Translations under genes and position numbers: made by a program | In this document: positions 1 through 10,040 of the stretch, one piece after another | Position numbering within the stretch: position 1 is the stretch's first letter | Layout of the letters: every line of letters begins with the position of its first letter | Notes under the pieces: generated by a model | What the model was told of the DNA's origin: nothing | The model's database searches: none | What the model saw: only the letters and a program-made list of their open reading frames with translations | Assembly: GCA_963727625.1 (NCBI GenBank) | Contig: CAVSHR010000005.1 | Coordinates: forward strand, 1,024,001-1,088,000 | From: an uncultured delta proteobacterium | GTDB taxonomy: Bacteria; Desulfobacterota; Binatia; UBA9968 | DNA length: 64,000 nucleotides | Direction of reading: 5' to 3'

Positions 1-289
1 CGAGCATCTCGATCAACTTGTCCGTCAGCGAAGCGCGAATGCCGGACAGCCCGCGCTGGTCGAACTCGGCGGCATGAGCGGGATCGTGAAAGCGCGTCTT
101 GTGCTCGTGGCCCTTACCGTGATCGTGCTGATGGCCGTGCTCGTGATCCGAATCGCCGTGAGCGTGACCGTGGTCCGCGGCGTGGCTGTGCGCGTGGTCT
201 TCGTGCCCATGGCCGTGTGAATGACCATGCTCATGATCGTGGCCATGTTCGTGATCGTGCTTCTGTCCGTGTCCGTGTTCGTCCGCCAT
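1..289 (-). CDS. Protein with long His-rich N-terminus, probably a class I SAM-dependent methyltransferase (runs off the window start)
   Basis: Manual translation from ATG at 289: MADEHGHGQKHDHEHGHDHEHGHSHGHGHEDHAHSH...KTRFHDPAHAAEFDQRGLSGIRASLTDKLIEML. Not in the ORF track. Methyltransferase call inferred from the FHDP...IEML segment only. Confidence 0.65.
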   Translation of the reverse strand, partial: MADEHGHGQKHDHEHGHDHEHGHSHGHGHEDHAHSHAADHGHAHGDSDHEHGHQHDHGKGHEHKTRFHDPAHAAEFDQRGLSGIRASLTDKLIEML

Positions 290-320
290 TGCCTTATCCC
301 TTCTTTACTCTTGCCCTAAT

Positions 321-389
321 CTCCGCGCCCTCAGCGCCTCCGCGGTGAAGGATCCGATCATGCACCACAGAGACGCAGAGTTCGCAGAG
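321..389. repeat. Imperfect inverted repeat built of CGCAGAG-type 9-mers
   Basis: ctccgcgccctcagcgcctccgcggtg (321-347) pairs with caccacagagacgcagagttcgcagag (363-389). Confidence 0.7.
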
Positions 390-433
390 TCGGATTCTTT
401 TATGCCTTCTTACTGTTGCCTATTGCCTTCTTG

Positions 434-847
434 TTACTGTCCCTTCGCCATCCCTTCCATGATCTCCCACTGCTCGTCGGTGACTTTCATGATCGACAGC
501 CGCGAATTGCGCACCAGGTCGAAGTTTTTGAGCTTCGCATGCGCCTTCACTTCGGCCAGCGTCACCGGGCGGCGCAGCGCCCGCACCGGCTCGATGTTGA
601 CGACCAGGAGATTGGGCTTGTCCTTTTCCGGGTCCGGATAGGCGCTACCCAGCGCCTTGGCCACGCCGACGGCCGCCTTCTCGTCGCCGGTATGGTAGAT
701 AAAAATCTGCTCGCCTTTTTTGATGTCCTTCAAGTTTTTCAGCGCGAGATTGTTCGCCACCCCGTCCCAAACGGTTTTTTTGTCCTTCACCAGTTGCTGA
801 TAGGAATAAACACTCGGTTCGGTCTTGAATAGCCAACGCGTCGCCAT
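434..847 (-). CDS. EVE domain protein
   Basis: MATRWLFKTEPSVYSY...WDGVAN...GEQIFIYHTG...RLSIMKV, typical EVE motifs; ATG at 847. Confidence 0.92.
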   Translation of the reverse strand: MATRWLFKTEPSVYSYQQLVKDKKTVWDGVANNLALKNLKDIKKGEQIFIYHTGDEKAAVGVAKALGSAYPDPEKDKPNLLVVNIEPVRALRRPVTLAEVKAHAKLKNFDLVRNSRLSIMKVTDEQWEIMEGMAKGQ

Positions 848-945
848 TGCCTGCCTCCTCTTCAACTTCTTACTTATAAAATAGCACGGAACCGGTTTAC
901 AAACCCTTGACGAAATTAGCCGTTAAAGGTATCCAAGCGGTCACT

Positions 946-1508
946 ATGAAAAAGCCCTGTCATTTTCTGGCTGTTCTTTTTGCCGTCTTCGTTCTCCTTG
1001 GCGGCGAACCCCAGCGTCTCGCCGCGGTGCAGAACGGTGGTGTCGCGGGGGCGTTAATCAACCAACCCTCGGATTTCATCGCGCTTGCGTCCGGATTCGG
1101 CTCTTTGGGACCCTCAACCGACTACGTCAACAACTTCCACCGGCGCGCGGCGCGACTGGGTGCAAAAGAACCGCCCTCTCGTAGTGCGCTTCCTGCGCGC
1201 CTATGTGAAAACCTGCGAGTTTTTCTACGAACCAAAAACCGGTCAGCCGCCGTGCGGGCGCTTGCCGAACGCACCAAGTCGAACAAAGAGGATGCGGAAA
1301 AAACCGAGCGCTCTATATGAAAACCAAGAAGACCATCCCGCGGGACGGCGGCGTCGACCTGCACGGCGCACGCCAGGTCGCCGAGATTTGGAAAGACTTC
1401 GGCATGCAAAAGATGCCCCCGCCGGTCGATGGCATCATCGATCTGGGCTACCTGGCGGAAGCAAGAAAGCAAATTAAAAAACCGGCGGATCACAAAAATG
1501 GCTGCTAA
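946..1508 (+). pseudogene. Deleted and frameshifted NitT/TauT-type ABC substrate-binding protein
   Basis: Fragments in three frames: GGEPQRLAAVQNGGVAGALINQP / WVQKNRPLVVRFLRAYVK / TIPRDGGVDLHGARQV...IDLGYLAEA. Confidence 0.7.
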
Positions 1509-2934
1509 AGCTGCCGATATAGTTTTCAAAAACGGCTGGGTGGTAACGCCCGGAGGGACAATCGAAGGCGGAGCCGCGGTCGTCAATGGCAAAATCGCCG
1601 CCGTTGGGAGGGACGCGTTTCTGCCCGCCGCCGACCGCGAGATTGATCTCTCCGGGAAATATCTGCTTCCCGGCGCCATCGACCCGGAATGTCATTTAGG
1701 CAGCCATCGCCCGCTCGCCGATGATTTCCAGTCCGAAACGAGAGCGGCCGCAGCGGCTGGGGTGACGACCTGGGGAATGCAGCTGGTGAGCCTGGCCATT
1801 ACCGGCGGAGCGGATAAGGTCAAAGGTCCGTCGGAGATTCCATCGTTTACTCGGGCAATGCCGTTTTACTATGAGGCGTCGCGCGCCGCGGCCATCGATT
1901 TTTTTCTGACGCCGATTCTCGGCACCGACGAGCATGTCGCCGAGATCCCCTACCTCGCCACAGAACACGGAATCAGTTCGTTTAAATTACACTTACAGAT
2001 GCAAGGACCGTGGAAAGCTTCCTGGCCGGCGTACTCGTTTGACGACGGCAGCATCTACGCCGCCTTCGATGCCGTCGCCAAGCTCGGCGCGCCGGCGATC
2101 GCGCTTTTGCATTGTGAAAATTGGGAAATCGCCCGCGTCCTGCAAGGACGTCTGATGGCGGCGGGCCGTACGGACATGGGTGCTTGGGACGATCGCTCAC
2201 CGGCATTCACCGAAGCGGGGCACGCCAGAACCTATCTTTACTACGCCCGCATCGCGGGCTGTCCGATATACATCGTTCATGCGACCACAAAGGAAACGCT
2301 CGCGGAGATTGAAAAAGCGAAGGCCGAGGGCCTGACCGTCTACAGCGAAATCGGCACGCACTATCTCGTGCTGCACAAGGACGCGTGGAAGATTAACGTG
2401 CCGCTGCGTGATCGCTCTACGCATGAGACGCTTTGGCGCGCCCTCGCCTCAGGCACTATCGATTGTATCGGCAGCGACCACGTCGCCCACACCCGAACCC
2501 GCGAATCGATGGAAACCGGCAATGTCTGGACAACGATCAGCGGTTTTCCTTCGCGGGTCGAGGGGATGTTGCCGATGATGCTGAGCGAAGGAGTGAACAA
2601 AGGCCGCATCACGATCGAAAAGTTGGTTCAGATAGCCAGCGAAAATCCCGCCCGGATATTCGGACTCTACCCGAACAAAGGGGCGATTCTCCCCGGCGCC
2701 GATGCCGATTTGATCGTCGTCGACTTGAAACGGCGCGCGAAAATCACCAAGGATCTGATCCACACGATAACGCCATGGTCGCTCTACGAAGGCTGGGAGA
2801 TCACCGGCTGGCCGGTCATGACGCTGGTTCGCGGCAACGTCGTCATGGAGTGGCCCGAGAACGAACCCCGTGCGAGGGTTACCGACAAATCCGTCGGACA
2901 ATATTTGCGACGCCGCGTCGCGGTTTGCTCTTGA
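1498..2934 (+). CDS. Cyclic amidohydrolase (dihydropyrimidinase/allantoinase/dihydroorotase family)
   Basis: LLPGAIDPECH, SFKLH, LHCEN, IYIVH, GSDH, NPARIFGLYPNKG, GADADL motifs. Confidence 0.9.
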   Translation: MAAKAADIVFKNGWVVTPGGTIEGGAAVVNGKIAAVGRDAFLPAADREIDLSGKYLLPGAIDPECHLGSHRPLADDFQSETRAAAAAGVTTWGMQLVSLAITGGADKVKGPSEIPSFTRAMPFYYEASRAAAIDFFLTPILGTDEHVAEIPYLATEHGISSFKLHLQMQGPWKASWPAYSFDDGSIYAAFDAVAKLGAPAIALLHCENWEIARVLQGRLMAAGRTDMGAWDDRSPAFTEAGHARTYLYYARIAGCPIYIVHATTKETLAEIEKAKAEGLTVYSEIGTHYLVLHKDAWKINVPLRDRSTHETLWRALASGTIDCIGSDHVAHTRTRESMETGNVWTTISGFPSRVEGMLPMMLSEGVNKGRITIEKLVQIASENPARIFGLYPNKGAILPGADADLIVVDLKRRAKITKDLIHTITPWSLYEGWEITGWPVMTLVRGNVVMEWPENEPRARVTDKSVGQYLRRRVAVCS

Positions 2935-2974
2935 TAGATTCGCTCACGACTGAGAGATCGGCGACCCAATCTGT

Positions 2975-3070
2975 CTAAAACGCCCCGCGCCGCGACCCGA
3001 AGGACTTCGTCGATGGCTCGATAATGGACCGGCTGAAGCAGGAGAGGTTTGCCGAGGGTCTCAAATTCTA
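2975..3070 (+). pseudogene. C-terminal remnant of an ABC substrate-binding protein
   Basis: Reads DPKDFVDGSIMDRLKQERFAEGLKF* with no start codon. Confidence 0.5.
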
Positions 3071-3112
3071 GGACATGTATCGCCGTCGCGATCGTGTTAT
3101 TCGGATTTTATC

Positions 3113-3204
3113 GGTCATCCTGAGCCAAGGGCGAAGGATTTGCTTTTCCTCTGTGCTTGATTCCGCAAAGCAGATTCCTCGTCGCCTGGCTCTTCGGCAT
3201 GACA
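3113..3204. repeat. REP-like palindromic element (GTCATCCTGAGC...ATGACA type)
   Basis: gtcatcctgagccaagggcgaaggatttgc ... gcagattcctcgtcgcctggctcttcggcatgac form inverted arms. Confidence 0.65.
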
Positions 3205-3242
3205 CGCAATGGCCTATCACCTCAGCCCGAAAGGACGCACCC

Positions 3243-3785
3243 ATGCCCCGCTTGCCAGAGATCGAAGAAGCCAAACTCACACCTGAGCAGAAACGCCTCT
3301 ATGACGAGATCAAGCGCGTCCGCGGCCAGGTCCGCGGCCCGTTCGCCGTCTGGCTGGGCAATCCCGAGCCGGCCGAATATACGCTCAAGCTCCAGGGCCT
3401 GTTCGCTTCGCGCGTCGCGCTCGACCGGCGCCTGGTGTAGTTGATGACCCTTGTTTCCGCCCGATTCGCCGACGCGCAGTTCGCCTGGTGCGTCCACCTG
3501 CCCCACGCGCTCAAGCTGGTTATTTCGCCGGACATCGTCGAAGCCATTCGCCAACGCCGCACGCCCACCTTCACCCGCGACGACGAACGGCTGGCCTGCG
3601 ACATTACCATGGAACCCAACACCACCCACTCGCTGGCCGAAAGAAACTTCAAACGAGGCATGGCGATGTTCGGCGAACAAATGTTAGTTGAACTCGTCAG
3701 CGCCATCGGCTTCTACTCGATGGTCGCCATGACGCTCAACGCCTTCGACGTGGCGGTTCCCGGAGATGAGAAGCCGTTGGATTGA
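3243..3785 (+). pseudogene. Carboxymuconolactone decarboxylase (CMD/AhpD-like) family gene with in-frame stop
   Basis: MPRLPEIEEAKLTPEQKRLYDEIKRVRGQVRGPFAVWL...RRLV*LMTLVSAR...VELVSAIGFYSMVAMTLNAFDV; TAG at 3438-3440. Confidence 0.85.
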
Positions 3786-3791
3786 CAAGGC

Positions 3792-4394
3792 TCAAGCGGG
3801 CTCTTCGGCAGTGGCGCTTCGATCGAGCGGCCGGCGGTCGCGCTCGAGCCGATCCATCAACCATGAAAGCAAGAGTTGGAGGTAGCCGGGTTTGTCCGAC
3901 CTCGGTTCAGTCATACCGGCAACGCAACGCGCGATATGTTCCTCGGCGAAGCGCTCACGCGCGCTCTTGGTGAGATTGGCGGCCTCGGGATTTCCATCCA
4001 TTCGAGCATAGGCCTCTTTCAAGAACAGATATCCGACGAAACCCGCTTCGACCGAAAGGTGGTCGATCGACTCTTCCCGTTGGGGATTAAACGAAAACGC
4101 CTGATAGAAAGCCTGGAGCTCCGCCATCAGGCGGCCCGGATCTTCAAAGCCGCAGTAACTCACTTCGCGCGGCGATAGAGTCCCGCCGGGACCGAAGAGC
4201 CGGTGATAAATTTCTTCACCGACCGGACCGGCTTGCGCCGCACAGGCTAAAAGTTTCTCATCGGTGATTTCACAGCAAAGCGCCGCAATCTTGTCTTTCC
4301 ACTCCGGCGTCGGCCGTTCCAGAAGCAGCGACGCCAACCGCCACGCCGCGGCGCTTGCCAGCTCCTCCGTTTTGATTGCGTAGGGGATGGTCAT
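3792..4394 (-). CDS. TorD/DmsD/NarJ-family molybdoenzyme maturation chaperone
   Basis: AELQAFYQAFSF...EESIDHLSVEAGF (DH motif); last gene of the molybdoenzyme operon. Confidence 0.85.
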   Translation of the reverse strand: MTIPYAIKTEELASAAAWRLASLLLERPTPEWKDKIAALCCEITDEKLLACAAQAGPVGEEIYHRLFGPGGTLSPREVSYCGFEDPGRLMAELQAFYQAFSFNPQREESIDHLSVEAGFVGYLFLKEAYARMDGNPEAANLTKSARERFAEEHIARCVAGMTEPRSDKPGYLQLLLSWLMDRLERDRRPLDRSATAEEPA

Positions 4395-5242
4395 TTTGAG
4401 CTCTCCAGCGCCAGCGGAATCCAGGCGGTGCGCATTTTCTTCGATCCCACCTCTTGGTGCGACCCTTCCCAGACCGCGAACGCGACTTGCGTTCGTCCTC
4501 CCGGCCGAGCCCCGTTCGGCAGCGGCCGAATGAGCACGACGTTCCAGCCCTCTTGTCCGTGTTTTCCATTGCCGGCTGAGATGCTCTTATCGGCGGGACG
4601 GAGGGTGCCCGGACCTTCCGCCACGAGGTCTTGAACCGGAACCGTGCGCGGTCCCGCCATCGGGTTCCCCAAAGCGCGGGCCGGCGCATAGCGCCTTGCC
4701 ATTTCTTGCTGTACGGCGGATCCAAGCTTGAGCGGTGCGGCCTCGAACGGGTAATGGTCGACCTTGGCCCGTGGATAGATTGCGTGGATGTCGTCTTGAC
4801 GACCGTCGGCGACGGCCTGAAACATCGCTGACCAGTAGGTGATCTCGACCGGCTTGCCGTTCTCGCCCATTTGCGGGGCGGGGACATCCGGGGTGGTCAG
4901 GGCGGGCAGCTGAACCGCAACGGCATCCCCGAACCGCCCCGGTCCCGGCATGTCGTCCAGCGTTGCATCGTTCCAACTCAGACGAAAGACGATTTGTTTT
5001 CCGTCGCTGGCCGATTGAACCTTGACGAAGGCGGTCGACGCCTGCATCTCTCTGGGCTCGACCATGTCTTGCAGCAGCAGCTTGGCGTGATGCACGGGGA
5101 TCCGCTCCCAAGCGGCGTCGTCCACCGTGGACGGCAGCTTGGTTGCGAATACCGCCTTGACCTCGGACTCGGAAATCGGCGGTCCTTTTTTCCCGCAGCC
5201 GGAAATAACCGCAGAGATCAGCACAAATACAAAAAGAACCAA
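4391..5242 (-). CDS. nxrC: Gamma/heme-b subunit (EbdC/NxrC-like, cytochrome c-552/DMSO reductase heme-binding), probable lipoprotein
   Basis: FRLSWNDAT, FGDAVAVQLP, PQMG..GKPVEITYW, VAFAVWEGSHQE; hydrophobic leader ending ISGC. Start uncertain: the ORF track extends to 5476 through a repeat element. Confidence 0.8.
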   Translation of the reverse strand: MVLFVFVLISAVISGCGKKGPPISESEVKAVFATKLPSTVDDAAWERIPVHHAKLLLQDMVEPREMQASTAFVKVQSASDGKQIVFRLSWNDATLDDMPGPGRFGDAVAVQLPALTTPDVPAPQMGENGKPVEITYWSAMFQAVADGRQDDIHAIYPRAKVDHYPFEAAPLKLGSAVQQEMARRYAPARALGNPMAGPRTVPVQDLVAEGPGTLRPADKSISAGNGKHGQEGWNVVLIRPLPNGARPGGRTQVAFAVWEGSHQEVGSKKMRTAWIPLALESSK

Positions 5243-5279
5243 TTTTAGGCCACAGGGAACCCTCAGCTTACGAAAACAA

Positions 5280-5410
5280 TTTTCCTCGCCCGCCGGCGCC
5301 AAAGGGCCGGCGTGAGGGTCATATCGGCGGTGATCCACGCTCAGCTCTGATTCTCGCCTGCGAAAGGAGCGGGAGGCAGCTAGTGAAGACCCTCGGGATG
5401 AGAGCAAGGA
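5280..5410. repeat. Degenerate CCCTCAC(C)CCGGCCCT-type hairpin element between nxrB and nxrC
   Basis: Minus strand reads gaccctcacgccggccctttggcgccggcgggcgagg, with a second degenerate arm upstream. Confidence 0.45.
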
Positions 5411-5457
5411 TAATGTTCGGATTGCGTCTATCTTTTGCGCGATCACAGGGATTCTCC

Positions 5458-6585
5458 TCAAGAAACATTGGTGCACGCCACGCCGCGCGCGGCGTCAAAC
5501 GCCGGGCGAATTGTCGTGGGTTCCCGCAGCGGCACGCGCACGATCTCCTTGCCGTTTTCGTCAAAACCGATCACCTCCTCGTCGATCCGCTTCCACTTGG
5601 GGACGATTTTCTCCGTCGACCCGAAAAGCGTGAGAAGACCCGCAAGATCTTTGTCGCGGTGCGCGTTACGGTAGGTTTCCAGCGCCCCGTCAACGTTCGG
5701 CCCGAACATTTGCACGAGAAAATCCCGCGGCACGTTCAGCGGCGGGATGTAATAGACGTTGGGTTCGAGGCCGAACTGCGGGAAGAGCGGCAGCGCGACC
5801 TTTTTCACGTGCACCAGAAAATCGATCGGATTGTCCGGCCGCGCCTGCTCAGGCTTGGAGACCCAGCCGGCGAAGCGGATTTTGCCGATGCAGTTGGCGA
5901 AGCATTGCGGCTGGAGGCCCAGTTCGATCTTGGGAAAACAGCCGATGCACTTCTCCGATGTTCCCGTCATCGTGTTGTAAAAAGTTTTTTTGTACGGGCA
6001 GGCTTTGACGCATTCCTGATAACCGCGGCAGCGTCCCTGATCGATCAGCACGATGCCGTCCTCCTGGCGCTTATAGATCGAGCCGCGCGGGCAGGACGCC
6101 AGGCAAGCGGGATAGGTACAATGGTTGCAGATGCGCGCGAGATAAAAAAACCAGGCGTTGTGCACGCCGGTAAAGTACGCGCCTTTCTCCACGCCGTTGG
6201 CGCAATCGTCTTCCCCGACGTTCGGGTTGGCATAGTCCATCTCCTCGGGCCGCCAGCCAAAAACCCGCTCGCCGGCTTGCGCCGCTTCGAAAATCGTACG
6301 TCCCGCGTAGCGCTCGCCTTCCCAATTCTGCCCGCCGAGTTTTTCCAGGAGATTCACGTCCCAGGCGAGCGGATAGAATCCGTAAGGTTTGGTCTCGACG
6401 TTGTTCCACAGCATGTACTCCTGCCCTTTGCCGCTTGTCCACGTAGTTTTGCACGCGAGCGTACAAGTCTGACAAGCGATGCACTTGTTGGTGTCAAAGA
6501 CCGCGGCGAACTGTCGTTTGGGCCGGCTCTCAGGATACCAGTAGGACATCTCACGGCCGAGCTGCCAGTTGTATACGCGTGCCAT
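5458..6585 (-). CDS. nxrB: Nitrite oxidoreductase / periplasmic nitrate reductase beta (FeS) subunit
   Basis: [13 protein letters not shown]..., [51 protein letters not shown]...C...C. Confidence 0.9.
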   Translation of the reverse strand: MARVYNWQLGREMSYWYPESRPKRQFAAVFDTNKCIACQTCTLACKTTWTSGKGQEYMLWNNVETKPYGFYPLAWDVNLLEKLGGQNWEGERYAGRTIFEAAQAGERVFGWRPEEMDYANPNVGEDDCANGVEKGAYFTGVHNAWFFYLARICNHCTYPACLASCPRGSIYKRQEDGIVLIDQGRCRGYQECVKACPYKKTFYNTMTGTSEKCIGCFPKIELGLQPQCFANCIGKIRFAGWVSKPEQARPDNPIDFLVHVKKVALPLFPQFGLEPNVYYIPPLNVPRDFLVQMFGPNVDGALETYRNAHRDKDLAGLLTLFGSTEKIVPKWKRIDEEVIGFDENGKEIVRVPLREPTTIRPAFDAARGVACTNVS

Positions 6586-9500
6586 TATTTTTCTCCACCT
6601 TTCTTGTTTTTGGCGGCGACGAACTTACCCTTGAGATAATTCTTCATGGCGGCGCGCTCGTATTTCGGTCTGAGCCCGAGCGCCGCCGGCCGCCAGATGC
6701 CTTTGCCGTTCATACCGCCCGGCTCGGCTTTGGTGATTTTTACGATCGCTTCGCGCGGCGCGCCCGTGGGGCAATGAACATCGGGGAGGAAACCCTTGTG
6801 GACCGATTGACCGAACAGGTCCTTGCGCACCAGCGAATCGGTCATCCAGGTGGGCTTGAGCCACCCGCGCGTGGCGGCCTGGTGCGAGCCGGATCGGAAC
6901 ATCGCCTGATAGGGGCTGCGCGGATTTTTCGCCAGACCGTCTTCGCGCGTCTCTTGTCCCTCCACGGATCCCGGCGTGGCGCCGTACATATTGAACCACA
7001 TGCGGGTCACCCCGCGCGGCGTGCCCGGGTAATAGCGGGCGCGGCACAGCAGGCGCGCGAACTTGTAATCCTTTTCATTTTTCTGCCAGCCCCGGAACGG
7101 TCGGTCCGAAGGATCGGAATCGATCCAGACATAATCGCCATCGTCAATCCCGAGAGATTTGGCGTCCTCCGGATGAATATCGACGTAGCCTTCGGCGGCG
7201 AACGGCTGGCGCTTGTCATGACGATAAATATCGCCGAACGGCCCGAAGAGCATCGCCACCATGTCCGTGTCGACCGGCATCGTGTGCGCGCCATGGCGGT
7301 ATTTCGGCGTGTGAAAAACAAATTTGTAACCGTCCTTCGCCAGCGGGTGCGAGGTCTTTCTCGCTTCGTTCCAGCTCATGACGACATTGCGCCCCTGGCG
7401 AACATCGTTGGAAAGGTCGTCTTTTTTGACGCCGTAGCTTTCGGGCCCCCTGGCTTTGATGAACGGATGGCTTGGAGCGATGATCACGTTGGGTTCGTAA
7501 AAAGTCGAATCGATGGGCTCGCGATGAACCGGCAAGTTTTCTCCCGCATCGATGAACTCGTCCTCTTCCCGATAAAATTCCAAACGTCCGGTCTTGGTAT
7601 ACCAGGGTCGGGAGTCATAGACCTGCTCGTAGCCGACGGCCTTGGGATTGGTCCGGTTCATCATGAGGGCGGGAATTCCCTTCTTCGCCTTTTCCTCCAA
7701 GTCGGCGATGTTGTATCCCTTGGTGAGTGAAGAGTGGTCGAGAATGCGCTGCAGGTAAACCTCCACGTTTCCCGCGTCGACGAACTTCCACATATCGGCG
7801 AAGCGCTGATCGCCGGTCCGTTGCGCCAGCTTTTTTCCGACCAGCGCCAGGTATTCGATGTCGCCGCGGGTATCGAACGGCCGCGGCTGAGGCGTGCGGG
7901 GAAAGATCGTCAGAAACGGGTTGGTCACCGACGCGCTCATGTCGGGATATTTGAGCTCGGACCAACTATCAACCGCAAAAACCACGTCCGCCCACTCACA
8001 GGAAGTCGACCACCACCATTCCTGGACCGCGATCATTTCGATTTTCGGCAACATGTTGACGACCGTGTTGTAATGCCACTTGACGTTTCCCAATATCGAG
8101 TTGGCGTTGGCGAACCAGAGCGATTTGGTCGGCGCCGGCATGTGCGTTTTGCCGGTGATCATCGTTTTGCCCATCTTGAGCGGGTGGTCTTCGTGATTGT
8201 AATAATGCGCCGACTCGGCCTTCCAGAACTGCTTCGGCCGCGCCGGCTTGGCGCCGTCGAGCTCGAGATCGAACGGGTTCTCATTGATGTATTGCGGCAC
8301 GCCGTTGAACATCGCCACCCGGTAATTTCCCGCGTAGGAGCCGATGTTGCCGGCGAGCTTGCCGATGTTGCCGGTGAGCGCGGCCAGGAGAAACTGGGTT
8401 CGGTCCTTATTGTCGTTGTTGAAGAACTGATTCGGCCCCATGCCGATGGCGAACAAAGTCGTTCCCGGCGTTTTTGCAATTTCCGCTGCCAGGCTTTCCA
8501 CCGCTTCCGCTGGCGCCCAGGTAATCTCCTCTGTGGTCTTCGGATCGAAGTGCTTCACGTATTCGAGGATCACATCGAAAATCGGCCGGCAGAAGATTTT
8601 CTTGCCGTCTTTGAGCGTCACTTCAACCGAACCTTCCAGGAGCGGGTCGGCCACCGTCGAGTATTTGCCCACGTGATCGCGGGCGAGCGCTTCAGGCTTG
8701 GAGGTCTGGCGATTCCACCAGACGTAGTCTCCCCAGGCTTTTCTCAATTCCTCGGGAAGCAGCATGTCGGTCTGAGCGCCCGGCGGCGGTACTTTGTCCC
8801 CTTTCACCACGGTCTTCGTCTGGTTTTTCAGGATATGGAGCTGGCCGCCGAAGACCTCCTCGGCGCGGAGCAATTTCAAATTATCGGCCCGTACCAGCAG
8901 CGGCAGATCGGTGAAGCGCCGCACGTAGTCGCCATCGTAAAGCTTTTTCTCCATGATGACGTTGCATAGGCCGAGCGCCAGCGCCGGGGTCGTGCCGGGA
9001 CGAACGACGATGACCTCGTCGCCTTTCGGGCTCGTCGACGAGTATTCGCATGCGATCACCACGACCTTGGTGCCTTTCAGGCGCGCTTCGGTCAGCCAAT
9101 GGGTGTCGGGCATTTTCGTCGTCACCCAATTCATGCCCCAGACAATCACCATACGCGCCAACTCCACGGCGTGAAGATCGAACTCGACGGTCTGCTGCCC
9201 GGTCACCATGGGATGACCGGGGGGCAGATCGGTATGCCAGGAGTAGTTATCGAAGCCGCGTCCGCCGATCGCCTCTTCGGGTTTAACGCCGCGCAGCTTG
9301 TGGTCGAGGAGAGCCATGGAATTCGCCAGCCGGTACAGGCCAAAAACTCGGGTCATCCCCAAGAGCGGCATGCCGCCGCGGAATTTGAGCACCTGGGTGC
9401 CCGCTCCCTTGGTGGCCTGAACGACCTGCTCGTCGTAACCCTGGTGCAGCAGGAGCTTTTGGCCTTTCTCGCCGCTGTACGTCGTGGCGACGTTGATGAG

Positions 9501-10040
9501 CGCCGCCGCGACGATATCCGCCGCCTGCTCATGGGTGACCCGCAGCCAGTCATCCCGCGCTCGATCGAAATATTCCTTCGGCGGGCGTCCGTCTTTGTCC
9601 CGCGGGAACCCTTTGTCCACCCAGGCCTTGAAACCCTTGCGCACCATCGGATAGCGCACGCGCCGGTCTCCGTAAAATCGCCGCGTGAGCGCCAGTCCCT
9701 TCTGACACACCCGCGGGTCCCAGCGATGACTGACCTTCGTGCCGTAGAGATCGCTGGCTTCCCCATATTTCATGGTCGGACCGATGCGCGTGATCACGCC
9801 GTCGCGCACATAAGCGTTCAAGATGCAGTTATGGGTATCGTTGGGGGCGCACAGAAAGGTAAAGCTCGAGTCTGATTTCCAAAGATCGCGATAGGTTTTT
9901 TCCCAGTCGCGGTTTGGATAGGCCGCCAGTGGATTTTCAATCGCCTGAAGCCCCCAGGCGTCGCGCACCGAGAGCGCAAACGCGGAAAAGCCAGCGGCGC
10001 CGACCCATTCTAAGAATTCACGGCGGTTGATATTTTTCAT
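6585..10040 (-). CDS. nxrA: Tat-exported type II DMSO-reductase-family molybdoenzyme alpha subunit (NxrA/periplasmic NarG-like)
   Basis: Start [10 protein letters not shown] (twin-Arg) at 10040; C-x3-D-x3-C-x39-C FS0 motif; [12 protein letters not shown] with Mo-ligand Asp; 1151 aa. Confidence 0.9.
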   Translation of the reverse strand: MKNINRREFLEWVGAAGFSAFALSVRDAWGLQAIENPLAAYPNRDWEKTYRDLWKSDSSFTFLCAPNDTHNCILNAYVRDGVITRIGPTMKYGEASDLYGTKVSHRWDPRVCQKGLALTRRFYGDRRVRYPMVRKGFKAWVDKGFPRDKDGRPPKEYFDRARDDWLRVTHEQAADIVAAALINVATTYSGEKGQKLLLHQGYDEQVVQATKGAGTQVLKFRGGMPLLGMTRVFGLYRLANSMALLDHKLRGVKPEEAIGGRGFDNYSWHTDLPPGHPMVTGQQTVEFDLHAVELARMVIVWGMNWVTTKMPDTHWLTEARLKGTKVVVIACEYSSTSPKGDEVIVVRPGTTPALALGLCNVIMEKKLYDGDYVRRFTDLPLLVRADNLKLLRAEEVFGGQLHILKNQTKTVVKGDKVPPPGAQTDMLLPEELRKAWGDYVWWNRQTSKPEALARDHVGKYSTVADPLLEGSVEVTLKDGKKIFCRPIFDVILEYVKHFDPKTTEEITWAPAEAVESLAAEIAKTPGTTLFAIGMGPNQFFNNDNKDRTQFLLAALTGNIGKLAGNIGSYAGNYRVAMFNGVPQYINENPFDLELDGAKPARPKQFWKAESAHYYNHEDHPLKMGKTMITGKTHMPAPTKSLWFANANSILGNVKWHYNTVVNMLPKIEMIAVQEWWWSTSCEWADVVFAVDSWSELKYPDMSASVTNPFLTIFPRTPQPRPFDTRGDIEYLALVGKKLAQRTGDQRFADMWKFVDAGNVEVYLQRILDHSSLTKGYNIADLEEKAKKGIPALMMNRTNPKAVGYEQVYDSRPWYTKTGRLEFYREEDEFIDAGENLPVHREPIDSTFYEPNVIIAPSHPFIKARGPESYGVKKDDLSNDVRQGRNVVMSWNEARKTSHPLAKDGYKFVFHTPKYRHGAHTMPVDTDMVAMLFGPFGDIYRHDKRQPFAAEGYVDIHPEDAKSLGIDDGDYVWIDSDPSDRPFRGWQKNEKDYKFARLLCRARYYPGTPRGVTRMWFNMYGATPGSVEGQETREDGLAKNPRSPYQAMFRSGSHQAATRGWLKPTWMTDSLVRKDLFGQSVHKGFLPDVHCPTGAPREAIVKITKAEPGGMNGKGIWRPAALGLRPKYERAAMKNYLKGKFVAAKNKKGGEK

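Noticed and set aside
3438-3440. In-frame TAG in the CMD gene as possible pyrrolysine or readthrough recoding
   Set aside because: No pyl genes in the window, TAG is used as a normal stop nearby, and neighbouring genes are decayed, so a nonsense mutation is the simpler explanation.
5383-9875. Long plus-strand ORFs antisense to nxrAB (and similar ones at 35167-36564 and 60814-62088)
   Set aside because: Shadow ORFs typical of high-GC coding regions, with no recognisable motifs.
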